Positions 1-8,806 of a stretch of 32,000 nt of DNA are shown here, piece by piece. Source of the stretch: an uncultured archaeon (lineage in GTDB: Archaea > Micrarchaeota > Micrarchaeia > Micrarchaeales > CABMGC01); assembly GCA_963704435.1 (NCBI GenBank), contig OY969902.1:600001-632000 (forward strand). Direction: 5' to 3'. A model generated the notes under the pieces. That model had not been told where the DNA came from. It made no database searches and was given only the letters and a program-made list of their open reading frames with translations. Position 1 is the first letter of the stretch. Each line of letters starts with the position of its first letter. Made by a program: the position numbers and the translations under genes.

Positions 1-2063
1 TATTCGCCATGTTCTTCTTCTACGCGGCGTACCTGCTCGCAATCCAGAACCCGAAGGAGAAGAGGTACGCAGTCCTTGCGGGAGTCGCGTTCGCGTCGAC
101 CTTCCTCGGAGCCCATTATTACACGGTGAATGCGGGAGTGTTCGCGATCTACATAGCGCTCCAGGGCCTCATCAACGTGGTGAAGAAGGAGAGCATGAGG
201 GATTTCTACAAGATGAACCTGATAGTGATCGGAGTGATCCTCCTTTTCTTCCTGGCATTCAATCCCTACAACTCGGTGCTCGCGAACGCTGTGCCAGGAG
301 TGCTAGGCGTGCCCGTGATTATCGCATTCCCTGTGCTCGCGCTGGCATTCGTGGTCATAGGGGAGCAACTGGTCAACCTCATCGCGCCCTCGCTTGAGAA
401 ACAGACATCGGTGACATACGTGCTGTGCGCACTGTCAGGCGTCGGACTGGTCGCAGTGGCCTACGCCGCAATGAGCAACAAGCTCGGCAAGCTGCGCGAA
501 GCGCTTTCGAGGTATGCCGTCCTGTCTGCGCTGGCCGTTGTGCTATTGCTGCTGATACTCCTGACCCCATTGGGCAATCCTGTAAACAGATATCTCGCCC
601 TCAGCTCCCATTACACCACACCCTCCACGCCGCTCTTCATGACTGTGCAGGAGTACGCACCCACAGGACTGAACTACGACTACGGATCCGCGGGCTTCGG
701 CATCATCGGGGCAAGCGTCCTCGGGGCCGACGTAATCGTATGGACGGTGCTGCTGCTCTTTTACGCCCTGGCGCTGTACGCCGTATTCAAGAGAAATTCG
801 AAGACGGGCCTGCTCGCGATCGCCGCGGTATTCCCGCTGCAGGTCGCCGGCATGATAGAGGTGAAGTACCTGCCCCACCTCGGGGTCGGGTACGTGATTG
901 CGATAGGGTTCATAATAGGGGAGCTCCTGCTCCTCATCAAGGATTCCAAGTCGCTTGACGCTTCAGCGAAAGGCAAGCTGTCCCGCGGCCTGTTCGCGGC
1001 GGCGATAGTCTTGGTGCTGCTAGAATCCATCTCCTTCGTCGGCCTGCTCTCCGCGGTGGGCCAGAGCTGCAGCACCATATCCGCAAACGGCAACTCCATA
1101 GGCTATTCCATCCTCTGCAATACCATCCCCAACTACTGGCTCCAGGCGACAGCGTGGATGTCTAAGAACGTCGGGCCCTTCGCCCCCAGGGTGCTCTCCT
1201 GGTGGGACTACGGCGACTGGATAAACTGGTTCGGGAACAGCAATGCTGTGCTGAGGGGCGACAATTCGGTGGCGGCGCTGGACCTCGCGACCGCCGCGAG
1301 GTACGTCCTCGGGTCCAGCGACGGCTACGGGCCCCAGAACCTGGCCAACTTCTCCAACAGCGTGCAGGCGAAGTATGTGCTGTTCGACGACCAGCTCACG
1401 CAGAAGTGGCAGGCTCTCGACTTCCTCGCGTGCGTCGACGTGAACCAGACCAGCAGGGCGTATGCGATCCAGGCTGCGAACGGCACCGGCAGCCCGTACG
1501 TGCTCGGCGAGTCGCAGTGCGAGCTGTCGCACTCACCCGCATACCTGTACGTGCCGGTTAGCACGAGCAACATCAACAACTACTGCCAGCTCAAAGACTC
1601 CAATGTGACCGCGGTCAAGACCCTTATGTCAATCGGGAACGGGCTCTCGAACCAGACCTACTGCACGCCCCTCACGAATTCCTCAGCGCCGACGGTGCTG
1701 CTGTATCCCAACGGCACCGCGACCAACATACTCCTCATCTCGCAGCAGCAGTTCTTCTTCGGCCTCTACAACATAGGCGGCCAGCAGTTCCTGGACTTCA
1801 TGGCGTTCTACCTGCCCAACGGCCCCAACGGCACCATAACCGACGCGCCCACCGAGTTCTACAACTCGAACTACTACCGCGGGTTCTATCTCGGGAAGCT
1901 GCCAGGCTTCACGATAGTCTACCCGGCGAACTTCACAGGCATAAACTACGTGAACGGGACGCACCAGGTGGTAATATACAGGGTTAATAACTACACAGGA
2001 TCCCTGCCGTACGTAACCCCCAAGCCTTCCTGGGTGAACAACAACTTCACGATGCCGGGCTGA
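1..2063 (+). CDS. aglB: Oligosaccharyl transferase STT3/AglB family, C-terminal part (5' end outside the window)
   Basis: Open at the 5' edge; multiple TM segments followed by a soluble domain containing WWDYGDWINWFGN, the WWDYG signature of STT3/AglB. Confidence 0.88.
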   Translation, partial: FAMFFFYAAYLLAIQNPKEKRYAVLAGVAFASTFLGAHYYTVNAGVFAIYIALQGLINVVKKESMRDFYKMNLIVIGVILLFFLAFNPYNSVLANAVPGVLGVPVIIAFPVLALAFVVIGEQLVNLIAPSLEKQTSVTYVLCALSGVGLVAVAYAAMSNKLGKLREALSRYAVLSALAVVLLLLILLTPLGNPVNRYLALSSHYTTPSTPLFMTVQEYAPTGLNYDYGSAGFGIIGASVLGADVIVWTVLLLFYALALYAVFKRNSKTGLLAIAAVFPLQVAGMIEVKYLPHLGVGYVIAIGFIIGELLLLIKDSKSLDASAKGKLSRGLFAAAIVLVLLESISFVGLLSAVGQSCSTISANGNSIGYSILCNTIPNYWLQATAWMSKNVGPFAPRVLSWWDYGDWINWFGNSNAVLRGDNSVAALDLATAARYVLGSSDGYGPQNLANFSNSVQAKYVLFDDQLTQKWQALDFLACVDVNQTSRAYAIQAANGTGSPYVLGESQCELSHSPAYLYVPVSTSNINNYCQLKDSNVTAVKTLMSIGNGLSNQTYCTPLTNSSAPTVLLYPNGTATNILLISQQQFFFGLYNIGGQQFLDFMAFYLPNGPNGTITDAPTEFYNSNYYRGFYLGKLPGFTIVYPANFTGINYVNGTHQVVIYRVNNYTGSLPYVTPKPSWVNNNFTMPG

Positions 2064-2115
2064 TGTGCGAGGGCCTTGCCCTCAGCGAATCAGAAAAGTA
2101 TAAGAATGTTGACTG

Positions 2116-2128
2116 AGGATAATATCCT
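2116..2128. promoter_or_regulatory. Perfect palindrome AGGATA-A-TATCCT upstream of the thermosome gene; possible operator
   Basis: Direct reading; 13-bp inverted repeat between TATA-like segments (gtataagaa, ccataaaaag) and the thermosome start. Confidence 0.3.
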
Positions 2129-2176
2129 ATACCCATAAAAAGTGCAGAAGATGGGCCAATTGCTATTTAGGTGAAT

Positions 2177-3829
2177 ATGATGGCTGAGAATCAACTAGGA
2201 CAACAGTACCTCATTCTTCCGGAGGGGGCATCAAGGATGCTGGGAAGGGACGCGCAGAGGACGAACATCGCAGTGGCTTACGCCGTGGCGAGCATAATAA
2301 GGACGACGCTCGGGCCGAAGGGCATGGACAAGATGCTGGTCAGCGAGCTTGGGGACATAATGATAACCAACGACGGCGCCTCCATACTCGAGGAGATAAA
2401 CGTCGAGCACCCTGTCGCGAAGCTCATGGTAGAGATAGCGAAGACCCAGGACAAGGAGGTCGGCGACGGGACGACCACCGCGGTCATAATCGCGGGCGAG
2501 CTCCTGAAGAACGCCGGGGATCTGATAGAGAAGGGCATAAACCCGAACACAATAATAAAGGGGTACGAGATGGCGCAGTCGAAGGCGGCGGAACTGCTGC
2601 TTGATTGCGCGGAACCTGTGCACATGGAAGACAACGAGAAGCTGGAGAGGATAGCTCTCGTTTCCGTGGGCTCGAAGAACATAGGGACCGACGCCACGAA
2701 GAAGTACCTTTCGAAGCTGGTGATCCAGGCGATAAAGCAGGTGTCCGAGAAGAAGGACGGCAAAGTGGTCATCGACAAGGACTTCATAAAGCTCGAGAAG
2801 AAGGAGGGAGGCAGCATAGACGATACGCAGTACATAAACGGCGTGCTGATAGACAAGGAGGTCGCGCACCCAGGGATGCCGAAGATGATAAAGAATGCCA
2901 AGATCGCCCTGCTGGACGTGGCCCTGGAGATCGAGAAGACCGAGACCGACGCGAGGATAGAGATAACCTCCCCGGATCAGATGCAGTCGTTCCTGCAGCA
3001 GGAGGAGAAGATGCTGAAGGAGATGGTCGCGAAGATCGCGAAGAGCAACGCCAATGCTGTGTTCATACAGAAGGGCATAGACGACGTTGCGCAGCACTAC
3101 CTGGCGAAGTCGGGAATACTGGCGGTCAGGCGGGTCAAGAAGAGCGACATGGAGAAGCTGGCCAAGGCGACCGGCGCGAAAGTGGTCACGAGCCTGGACG
3201 ACCTCACCGCAAGCGACCTAGGGTTCGCCGGGGTAGTCGAGGAGAGGAAGATCTCCGGAGAGCAGATGGTCTTCGTCGAGAAGTGCAAGGACCCGAAGAG
3301 CGTCACACTATTCGTGCGCGGAGGGACCAAGCAGGTCGTGGACGAGGCCGAGAGGGCGGTCGCAGACGAGATGGGCGCGCTTACCAGCGCACTTGAGGTC
3401 GGCAAGTACGTGTACGGCGGAGGCAGCGCAGAGGAGTACTTGTCCAAGGGCCTGCGCGAATACGCCAGCAACGTAGGCGGCAGGGAGCAGCTCGCGATAC
3501 AGTCGTTCGCGGAGGCTCTAGAGGCCATACCTAAGACCCTCGCCGACAACGCCGGGATGGATGCCATAGACACGCTCGTCCAGCTGAGGAGCATGCAGAA
3601 GGGCAAGGACGGCAGGGTCTACGGCGTCGACGTCTTCAAGGGGGCCATCGGGAACATGGACAAGCTCGGCATAATAGAGCCCGTGAAGATAAAGCAGCAG
3701 GCGATAGCGTGCGCCACGGAGGCGAGCGTCCAGATACTGAGGATAGACGACATGATAAGCTCCAAGGGCAGGGGCCCTGCCCCCGGCCCTGGCGGCATGC
3801 CGGGCGGCATGCCAGGAGGCGAGGACTGA
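2177..3829 (+). CDS. thsA: Thermosome subunit (group II chaperonin)
   Basis: TLGPKGMDKMLV, NDGATIL-like NDGASILEE, GDGTTTAVIIAGELL and a GGMPGGMPGGED C-terminal tail. The ORF track starts at GTG 2171; ATG 2177 or 2180 is preceded by AGGTGA. Confidence 0.97.
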   Translation: MMAENQLGQQYLILPEGASRMLGRDAQRTNIAVAYAVASIIRTTLGPKGMDKMLVSELGDIMITNDGASILEEINVEHPVAKLMVEIAKTQDKEVGDGTTTAVIIAGELLKNAGDLIEKGINPNTIIKGYEMAQSKAAELLLDCAEPVHMEDNEKLERIALVSVGSKNIGTDATKKYLSKLVIQAIKQVSEKKDGKVVIDKDFIKLEKKEGGSIDDTQYINGVLIDKEVAHPGMPKMIKNAKIALLDVALEIEKTETDARIEITSPDQMQSFLQQEEKMLKEMVAKIAKSNANAVFIQKGIDDVAQHYLAKSGILAVRRVKKSDMEKLAKATGAKVVTSLDDLTASDLGFAGVVEERKISGEQMVFVEKCKDPKSVTLFVRGGTKQVVDEAERAVADEMGALTSALEVGKYVYGGGSAEEYLSKGLREYASNVGGREQLAIQSFAEALEAIPKTLADNAGMDAIDTLVQLRSMQKGKDGRVYGVDVFKGAIGNMDKLGIIEPVKIKQQAIACATEASVQILRIDDMISSKGRGPAPGPGGMPGGMPGGED

Positions 3830-3878
3830 AAGCAGGACAGTCCTTTTATATCTTTGTCGCGAATCTTCCGTGTACGGG

Positions 3879-4454
3879 ATGGCGGAGACATTTATTGTGT
3901 TCGGGACTCCCGGCGCGGGCAAGACCACCGTGCTGCGGGGCGTACGCGGAGTCGAGACAATCAGTCTCGGCACCGAGCTGCTCGGCGCCCTATCAAAAGT
4001 CTTCGGCGTGAAGGACAGGGACATGCTAAGGAAGGCGCAGCTGTCCGATTACGCAGCCACGGTCAAGGCAAGGCTTTCCGTGCTCAGGCGCATAGCCAAG
4101 ACGAAGAAGGGCACGCTGATGGTGGACACGCACGCGAGCATAAAGTCCGGCCCAAGCTTCGCGCCTGGCCTGTCCTACGACGATCTGGAAACCCTCAGGG
4201 ACAAAGTCAAAGCCATAATTTATATAGATGCGAATACAAAGGACATACTGAGAAGGAGGAATAACGACAAGACGAGAAAGCGCGACAACGACACCGAAGA
4301 GGACCTCGACCTGCACAGGAGCATGAACCTGATGTTCGCAGCGATATACTCGATGCGCCTCGAGGTGCCCATCTACATCGTGAAGAACGATGGCGGAAAT
4401 CTTCGCGAGGCGCAGTCCGCGGTCTCTGGCATAGTGGCTTCCTTCCAGCGTTGA
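3879..4454 (+). CDS. adkA: Archaeal-type adenylate kinase (AdkA)
   Basis: P-loop GTPGAGKTTV at the N-terminus, ~190 aa, followed by a DUF106 gene as in archaeal secY-adk-DUF106 clusters. Promoter-like ccttttatatc at about 3843. Confidence 0.85.
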   Translation: MAETFIVFGTPGAGKTTVLRGVRGVETISLGTELLGALSKVFGVKDRDMLRKAQLSDYAATVKARLSVLRRIAKTKKGTLMVDTHASIKSGPSFAPGLSYDDLETLRDKVKAIIYIDANTKDILRRRNNDKTRKRDNDTEEDLDLHRSMNLMFAAIYSMRLEVPIYIVKNDGGNLREAQSAVSGIVASFQR

Positions 4455-4458
4455 TCGG

Positions 4459-4929
4459 ATGTTGTTTGGAATACTGGAAATAATTACGCTCGTAGCGGTA
4501 GCCTACGTGCTGGTCTCCGTCTTCCTGCAGCGCAGGCTCGTCAACATGAAACGGGTCTACGAGGTCCAGGACCTGATAAAGAAGAAGACGAATGAGTTGA
4601 CCGAGCTTGGCAAGGGCGGCGCAGACCAGGCTGCGATGGCTGCGAAGCAGAAGGAGATAACCGGCCTGCTCTCGGAGAGCATGAAGTCTCAGCTCAAGCC
4701 GATGTTCGTGGTGCTGCCGCTGTTCCTTGTGCTGTACTACCTTGTAATGCCCGTATTCTTCGCTTCCACGCTATCTGTGTCGCTGTTCTCGATTACCCTG
4801 AACTACAGGTCCTACTTCATTCTAGTGTCGTTCGTGCTGGGCTTCGCGCTCTCCACATCGCTGATGTTGCGCGATAGGATGATGGCTAAGAAGCTGGCCA
4901 AGACCATTGAGGCGGAAGCGAATGCCTGA
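4459..4929 (+). CDS. DUF106 family membrane protein (archaeal EMC3/Get1/Oxa1-superfamily)
   Basis: N-terminal TM, coiled hairpin, then two TM segments (MFVVLPLFLVLYYLVMPVFFAS; YFILVSFVLGFALSTSLMLRDRMM); located right after adk. Confidence 0.8.
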   Translation: MLFGILEIITLVAVAYVLVSVFLQRRLVNMKRVYEVQDLIKKKTNELTELGKGGADQAAMAAKQKEITGLLSESMKSQLKPMFVVLPLFLVLYYLVMPVFFASTLSVSLFSITLNYRSYFILVSFVLGFALSTSLMLRDRMMAKKLAKTIEAEANA

Positions 4930-5281
4930 TACGCGTGCCAAGGAGGCGGAGCGGAAGCTGCGCGCCATCGAAACGAAGGTGGCGAAGAGCAGAGGCGGCA
5001 AAATCAGATATAGGATTGCAATCTGGATGCACAACAACAATAAGAGGATAAACACAGGCTGGAACGTCTACCTCTCGCCGTACATATCGATGCTCTACTA
5101 CCTCTCCCTTATGGAAGTTGTCGTCGCAAAGCTGTTTCCCGACCTGTTCACGAGCGCAACGGCGCTTGCCGCAGCGTCTTACGTGGCCTTCTTGTGGCTC
5201 AGCTACCATCTGGGAAGGAGGCACGAACGGCTTGAGGCTCTGCAAAAGAGGCTGCGCAGGCAAAGAAACAGAAAGAGGTAG
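4922..5281 (+). CDS. Small basic membrane protein of unknown function, overlapping the 3' end of the DUF106 gene
   Basis: ATG at 4922 overlaps the DUF106 stop by 8 nt; two hydrophobic segments flanked by Arg/Lys-rich termini. Confidence 0.7.
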   Translation: MPDTRAKEAERKLRAIETKVAKSRGGKIRYRIAIWMHNNNKRINTGWNVYLSPYISMLYYLSLMEVVVAKLFPDLFTSATALAAASYVAFLWLSYHLGRRHERLEALQKRLRRQRNRKR

Positions 5282-5299
5282 CGGCCATCCTCTTTAACT

Positions 5300-6328
5300 T
5301 CATTTCTGGAATTTAAGGATTCTGCCCTTTTCCGAGCTCTCATCCCTGCACAGCAGCGCCACGTTGCTGCTCTTGTGGTAATCCGAAAGCGCGTATCCTG
5401 ACTCATTTGCAATCTCCCTGGCAAAATTCAGTATGTCGTCTTTCCTGGGCATCTGGTCGAACTCAAGGCCTCTCTTCGGATTCCTGGATCCTCCTACGAA
5501 TACGAAGCCCTTTACCTCCACATAATGTGGGTTCCCGATCTCAATGAGCTTTGCGTAGCCCTTCGCATCCGCCATGTTCAATCCCTTGACTAGCGTGAGC
5601 CTGAATGTCCTTCTCGTGTGGAGTGTGGAGAAGGTCTCCAAAAACTCCATGGAATTGTTCCACGTGGCGCCGGCGTTCTTCGGCCTCACAGTCTTGGCGT
5701 AGGTGCCCTCATTCGGGGCCTGGACTGAGACGTAGAGCTGGGTTGGAAGAGAGGCGATGCGTTCCAGCGCGGCCGCCATCGTCCCGTTAGTGACGAGGAA
5801 CGTGCTCATGCGCCTCCTGTGGAACTCGTCAAGGAGGCCTCCGATCTCAGGGTAGAAGAGAGGCTCGCCAGTCAGGCTGAGCGCGACGTGCGCGGGATCC
5901 TTGGACTCAGCCAACCTCTGCAGGTCCGTCTTTGCGTTTCCCTTGTATCCGCTGAGAATCTTCTGGTGCTCAGCGATCAAGCCGTCGGCTATCTTCTTCG
6001 GTGGGTCCCATCCTCCCTTCGGATTCAGCTCATTGCGCCCGTAGCCCTCCTCCTCAGGTATCGTGCGCCAGCAGAAGGCGCAGGCGAGGTTGCAGTTCAG
6101 CGCGGGAGTGGACTGCACGCATCTCCAGCTCCTCAGCCCGTAGAACTGGTGCTTGTAGCATGTCGTTCCCCCTTTTATGCTGCTCGCCGCATAGGCGCAG
6201 ATCTTCGTAGCGGAGTGGCCGCCGACGAAGTGGTAGCCCTGGGCCTTCATCTTGGCGGCAAGCCCTCTGGGAGCGTCAGGATTGGCGGTTTCCCTGCCTC
6301 TGCCCCGTCTCGATCCTCTTGCGTTCAT
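5300..6328 (-). CDS. taw1: tRNA(Phe) 4-demethylwyosine synthase, radical SAM (Taw1/TYW1-like)
   Basis: Radical SAM motif CNLACAFCW, preceded by CYKHQFYGLRSWRCVQSTPAL; typical archaeal length (~340 aa). Confidence 0.9.
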   Translation of the reverse strand: MNARGSRRGRGRETANPDAPRGLAAKMKAQGYHFVGGHSATKICAYAASSIKGGTTCYKHQFYGLRSWRCVQSTPALNCNLACAFCWRTIPEEEGYGRNELNPKGGWDPPKKIADGLIAEHQKILSGYKGNAKTDLQRLAESKDPAHVALSLTGEPLFYPEIGGLLDEFHRRRMSTFLVTNGTMAAALERIASLPTQLYVSVQAPNEGTYAKTVRPKNAGATWNNSMEFLETFSTLHTRRTFRLTLVKGLNMADAKGYAKLIEIGNPHYVEVKGFVFVGGSRNPKRGLEFDQMPRKDDILNFAREIANESGYALSDYHKSSNVALLCRDESSEKGRILKFQK

Positions 6329-6497
6329 GAATAAAATCCCTGCCAGCGCGCACGCAGCTTACAAGACGCTATCTCGCGGGCGCCCTTATATATGTTGACG
6401 TATCGGACGCGCAAGGCGCCAAAGCACAAATTATATATACTTCAGAAGACAAGTAATTCTAATCTTATATGCGATTTAGAGACAGCAAGGTGCTTTT

Positions 6498-6824
6498 TTG
6501 CCAAAACCGATGCACAGATCTAGGAGTTTCAGGAGGCTGGACAGGGTGACGCCGAAGGGCAGGCATGTCATCCATTACGAAAGGAGGAAGCCGGGGATGC
6601 CGCACTGCGCAATCTGCGGCGCCGAGCTGCAGGGAATCAGCAGGGCGAGGAACCCGAAGGGCAAGTCGAGAAGGACCACCGCGAGGATATTCGGAGGCGT
6701 CCTGTGCTCCGGATGCACCGGCGAGGTAATAAAGCTGGCGAGCAGGATAGAGAACGGGGAGATGAAGCTGAACGACATAAGCATGAAGCAGAAGAACTAC
6801 GTCCTGCAGATGATAGCGCACTAG
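6498..6824 (+). CDS. rpl34e: Ribosomal protein L34e
   Basis: MPKPMHRSRSFRRLDRVTPKG N-terminus and Cys pairs CAIC/CSGC; TTG start with upstream AAGGTG. Confidence 0.93.
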   Translation: MPKPMHRSRSFRRLDRVTPKGRHVIHYERRKPGMPHCAICGAELQGISRARNPKGKSRRTTARIFGGVLCSGCTGEVIKLASRIENGEMKLNDISMKQKNYVLQMIAH

Positions 6825-6825
6825 C

Positions 6826-7356
6826 GTGTTTCGGATGATAATCTGCATATCCGGCCTCACAGGATCTGGGAAGTCGACGGTGGGAAAGCTGCTGGCAAAG
6901 GACCTTAGGATAAGGCACATCGACAAGTCCTTCAAAGAGTTCGCTACAGGCAGCGCGCTCGTCGCGCTCGACAGGCAGGCCAAGCCATCGTTCGACAGGG
7001 CATTCGACAAGGAGGTAGTAAAAGAGGCAAAGGCAGGCGACAGCGTCGTCACCACCTGGCTGGGGCCATGGATGATTAAGGGCTCGACGCTCAACGTGTG
7101 GCTCAGCGCAGGCTTCGATACGAGAGTAAGGCGAATCGCGAATGTCAACCGCATGACGCTCAAGGATGCCAAAATTTATACAAAAGGCAAGGATAGCGCA
7201 GTGGTCGCGCGCATAAAGAAGGCATACGGCATAGATATCCTCAAGGACCACAATATGTTCGATCTTGAGATAAACGCAGAACGGATAAGACCAAAGGAAT
7301 CGGCTTCGCTGATTGCGATGCTCTCAATGGAGAAGGAAGGTAAACGCTTCAGGTGA
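6826..7356 (+). CDS. cmk: Cytidylate kinase (archaeal type)
   Basis: MIICISGLTGSGKSTVGKLLAKDLRIRHIDKS P-loop; between L34e and L14e as in the archaeal rpl34e-cmk-rpl14e order. Start GTG 6826 or ATG 6835. Confidence 0.85.
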   Translation: MFRMIICISGLTGSGKSTVGKLLAKDLRIRHIDKSFKEFATGSALVALDRQAKPSFDRAFDKEVVKEAKAGDSVVTTWLGPWMIKGSTLNVWLSAGFDTRVRRIANVNRMTLKDAKIYTKGKDSAVVARIKKAYGIDILKDHNMFDLEINAERIRPKESASLIAMLSMEKEGKRFR

Positions 7357-7361
7357 ATTAA

Positions 7362-7610
7362 ATGGCATTGATAGAACAAGGAAGGATCTGCATAAAGAAG
7401 TTCGGAAGGGATGCGGGAAAGAGGGCAGTGATAACCGCCGTAGTCGACGACAATTTCGTGAAGATAATATCGGCGAGCCGGCTCAAGTCGCGAAGGTGCA
7501 ACATCAAGCACCTGGAGATGCTCTCCGAGCGAATAGACGTCAAGGACAAGGAGCAGCTCGCGAAGGCGCTGGAGGTCGAGCACTCTAAGCTTTCTTCGAT
7601 AAAGCTCTGA
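7362..7610 (+). CDS. rpl14e: Ribosomal protein L14e
   Basis: IEQGRICIKKFGRDAGKRAVITAVVDDNFVKI matches the L14e KOW-like N-terminus; follows cmk. Confidence 0.93.
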   Translation: MALIEQGRICIKKFGRDAGKRAVITAVVDDNFVKIISASRLKSRRCNIKHLEMLSERIDVKDKEQLAKALEVEHSKLSSIKL

Positions 7611-7620
7611 CCTGCAGATC

Positions 7621-7890
7621 CTAATCGGTCACGGATTCAAGTAGGCTAAGTATGTTCCAGATGACGGTGCGGGCATACGGAGGCAGGTTGATGTCATTGC
7701 TGACCTCGTCTATCTTGTAGGTGGCCGACGATGACTTGACGGCATAGCTGCCCTCGCTCTGCGCGAGCGCCTTTTTCGCCTCCTCAAGTGCCGCCTTCAC
7801 ATTCCTCGGCACACTGTTGTCGTTCAGCAGCAGGTCAATCTGCTGCTTTATCTGCGCAACCGTTTCCTCGTTTTTCTTGTCATCCTTCAT
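7621..7890 (-). CDS. UPF0147 family protein
   Basis: Small acidic/helical protein; VPRNVKAALEEAKK, INLPPYARTVIWNILSLLE resemble UPF0147. Confidence 0.8.
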   Translation of the reverse strand: MKDDKKNEETVAQIKQQIDLLLNDNSVPRNVKAALEEAKKALAQSEGSYAVKSSSATYKIDEVSNDINLPPYARTVIWNILSLLESVTD

Positions 7891-7918
7891 TGAACCACCG
7901 CTGACGGGTCCGGCGGGA

Positions 7919-7951
7919 TTTCCACTGGCGAAACCCTGCGGCTTCGCGAAT
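7919..7951 (-). other. Predicted 33-nt tRNA intron in the T-loop, position 59/60
   Basis: Intron ATTCGCGAAGCCGCAGGGTTTCGCCAGTGGAAA. Central helix: exon TTCA (54-57) with intron TGGA; bulges AA|A and AA|U; inner hairpin with 10 pairs (two G-U), one C/C mismatch and a GCAG loop. Confidence 0.85.
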
Positions 7952-7973
7952 TTTGAACCCGCGACCTACAGCT

Positions 7974-7990
7974 TTCCTCTTCATAAGTAT
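7974..7990 (-). other. Predicted 17-nt tRNA intron at canonical position 37/38
   Basis: Intron ATACTTATGAAGAGGAA. Central 4-bp helix: exon CTTC (32-35) with intron GAGG; flanking 3-nt bulges UA|A and AA|A. The inner helix is weak. Confidence 0.8.
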
Positions 7991-8035
7991 TAGAAGGCTG
8001 CCGCTCTATCCAAGCTGAGCTACGGACCCTGCTCT

Positions 8036-8806
8036 CTATATGTAAAAAAGCCTTCTTATGTTTTCTGTTGTTGCGTATGCGACGTCCTCAACGGACATCC
8101 TCTTCAGCGACGCGATCGTCCCGCAGACCTTCACAACATCCGTAGGGTCCTTTCCGACGACCGGAGAGTCGGTTTCAGCAACAATATTATTTATGCTTGT
8201 GCTCTTTATAACCCTTTTCCTCCTGCTTGTCTCGACGGGCGGTATCGATATCAGGTGGCCGCGCTCCGCCAGCGCCTTCGCCTGATTTTCATCCCCCTCA
8301 AAGAAGTGGAAGAGCGCCTTCCGTATTCCCTTCTCGGCAAGCATGCCTGAAATCTCGTCCAGGAATCCTCGCGAGTGTATGACTACGGGCACATCCAGAT
8401 CCTTGGCCAGGTCGAGCTGGGCATCAAACATCTTCCTTTGTACTCCGATGTCTGCATGCGACTTGGCATCAAGGCCTATCTCTCCGATGCCTACGACCTT
8501 CTCGTTATTCTTGACAAAGTCCGCTAGCTCTTCCAATTGGTTCTGCTCAGATTCCGAAAAGTCAGGGCTTATTCCAACGACCGCGAAAACGCCTTGCGCA
8601 ACGCCCGCCAGGTCTGCGTTTTCAGAATTGTCCTTTGCGCTGCCCCCGGCAGTCACAATCACTCCGATGCCGACATTTCTTGCATTTGAGATGATATCAA
8701 GCGGCCTGTGAAAAAGATTCAGGTGGCAGTGCGCATCTGAGAGCTCGGGTGAAATCCTGAGCGCTTGGATTTTCAGCGACTGCGTTTGCTGCGGCATTAT
8801 CATCAA
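8036..8806 (-). CDS. TatD-family metal-dependent hydrolase
   Basis: SDAHCHLNLFHRP metal motif, GEIGLD, VVIHSRG, TDSPV near the C-terminus. Confidence 0.88.
   Translation of the reverse strand: MMIMPQQTQSLKIQALRISPELSDAHCHLNLFHRPLDIISNARNVGIGVIVTAGGSAKDNSENADLAGVAQGVFAVVGISPDFSESEQNQLEELADFVKNNEKVVGIGEIGLDAKSHADIGVQRKMFDAQLDLAKDLDVPVVIHSRGFLDEISGMLAEKGIRKALFHFFEGDENQAKALAERGHLISIPPVETSRRKRVIKSTSINNIVAETDSPVVGKDPTDVVKVCGTIASLKRMSVEDVAYATTENIRRLFYI

Larger units (their letters stand above)
7905..8029 (-). tRNA. tRNA-Arg (anticodon UCU), interrupted by two introns
   Basis: Read on the minus strand: acceptor GGGTCCG/CGGACCC (7/7 bp), D-stem GCTC/GAGC with GG in the loop, anticodon stem GCAGC/GCTGT, loop CT-TCT-AA, variable AGGTC, T-stem GCGGG/CCCGC (5/5 bp), G73. 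A20 and C35 match known arginine identity elements. The gene spans 125 nt; removing 17 + 33 nt leaves a canonical 75-nt tRNA. Confidence 0.93.

Noticed and set aside
3770-3829. Short direct repeat (GGCATGCC-GG-GGC) near the thermosome 3' end
   Set aside because: This encodes the normal GGM-rich C-terminal tail of group II chaperonins.
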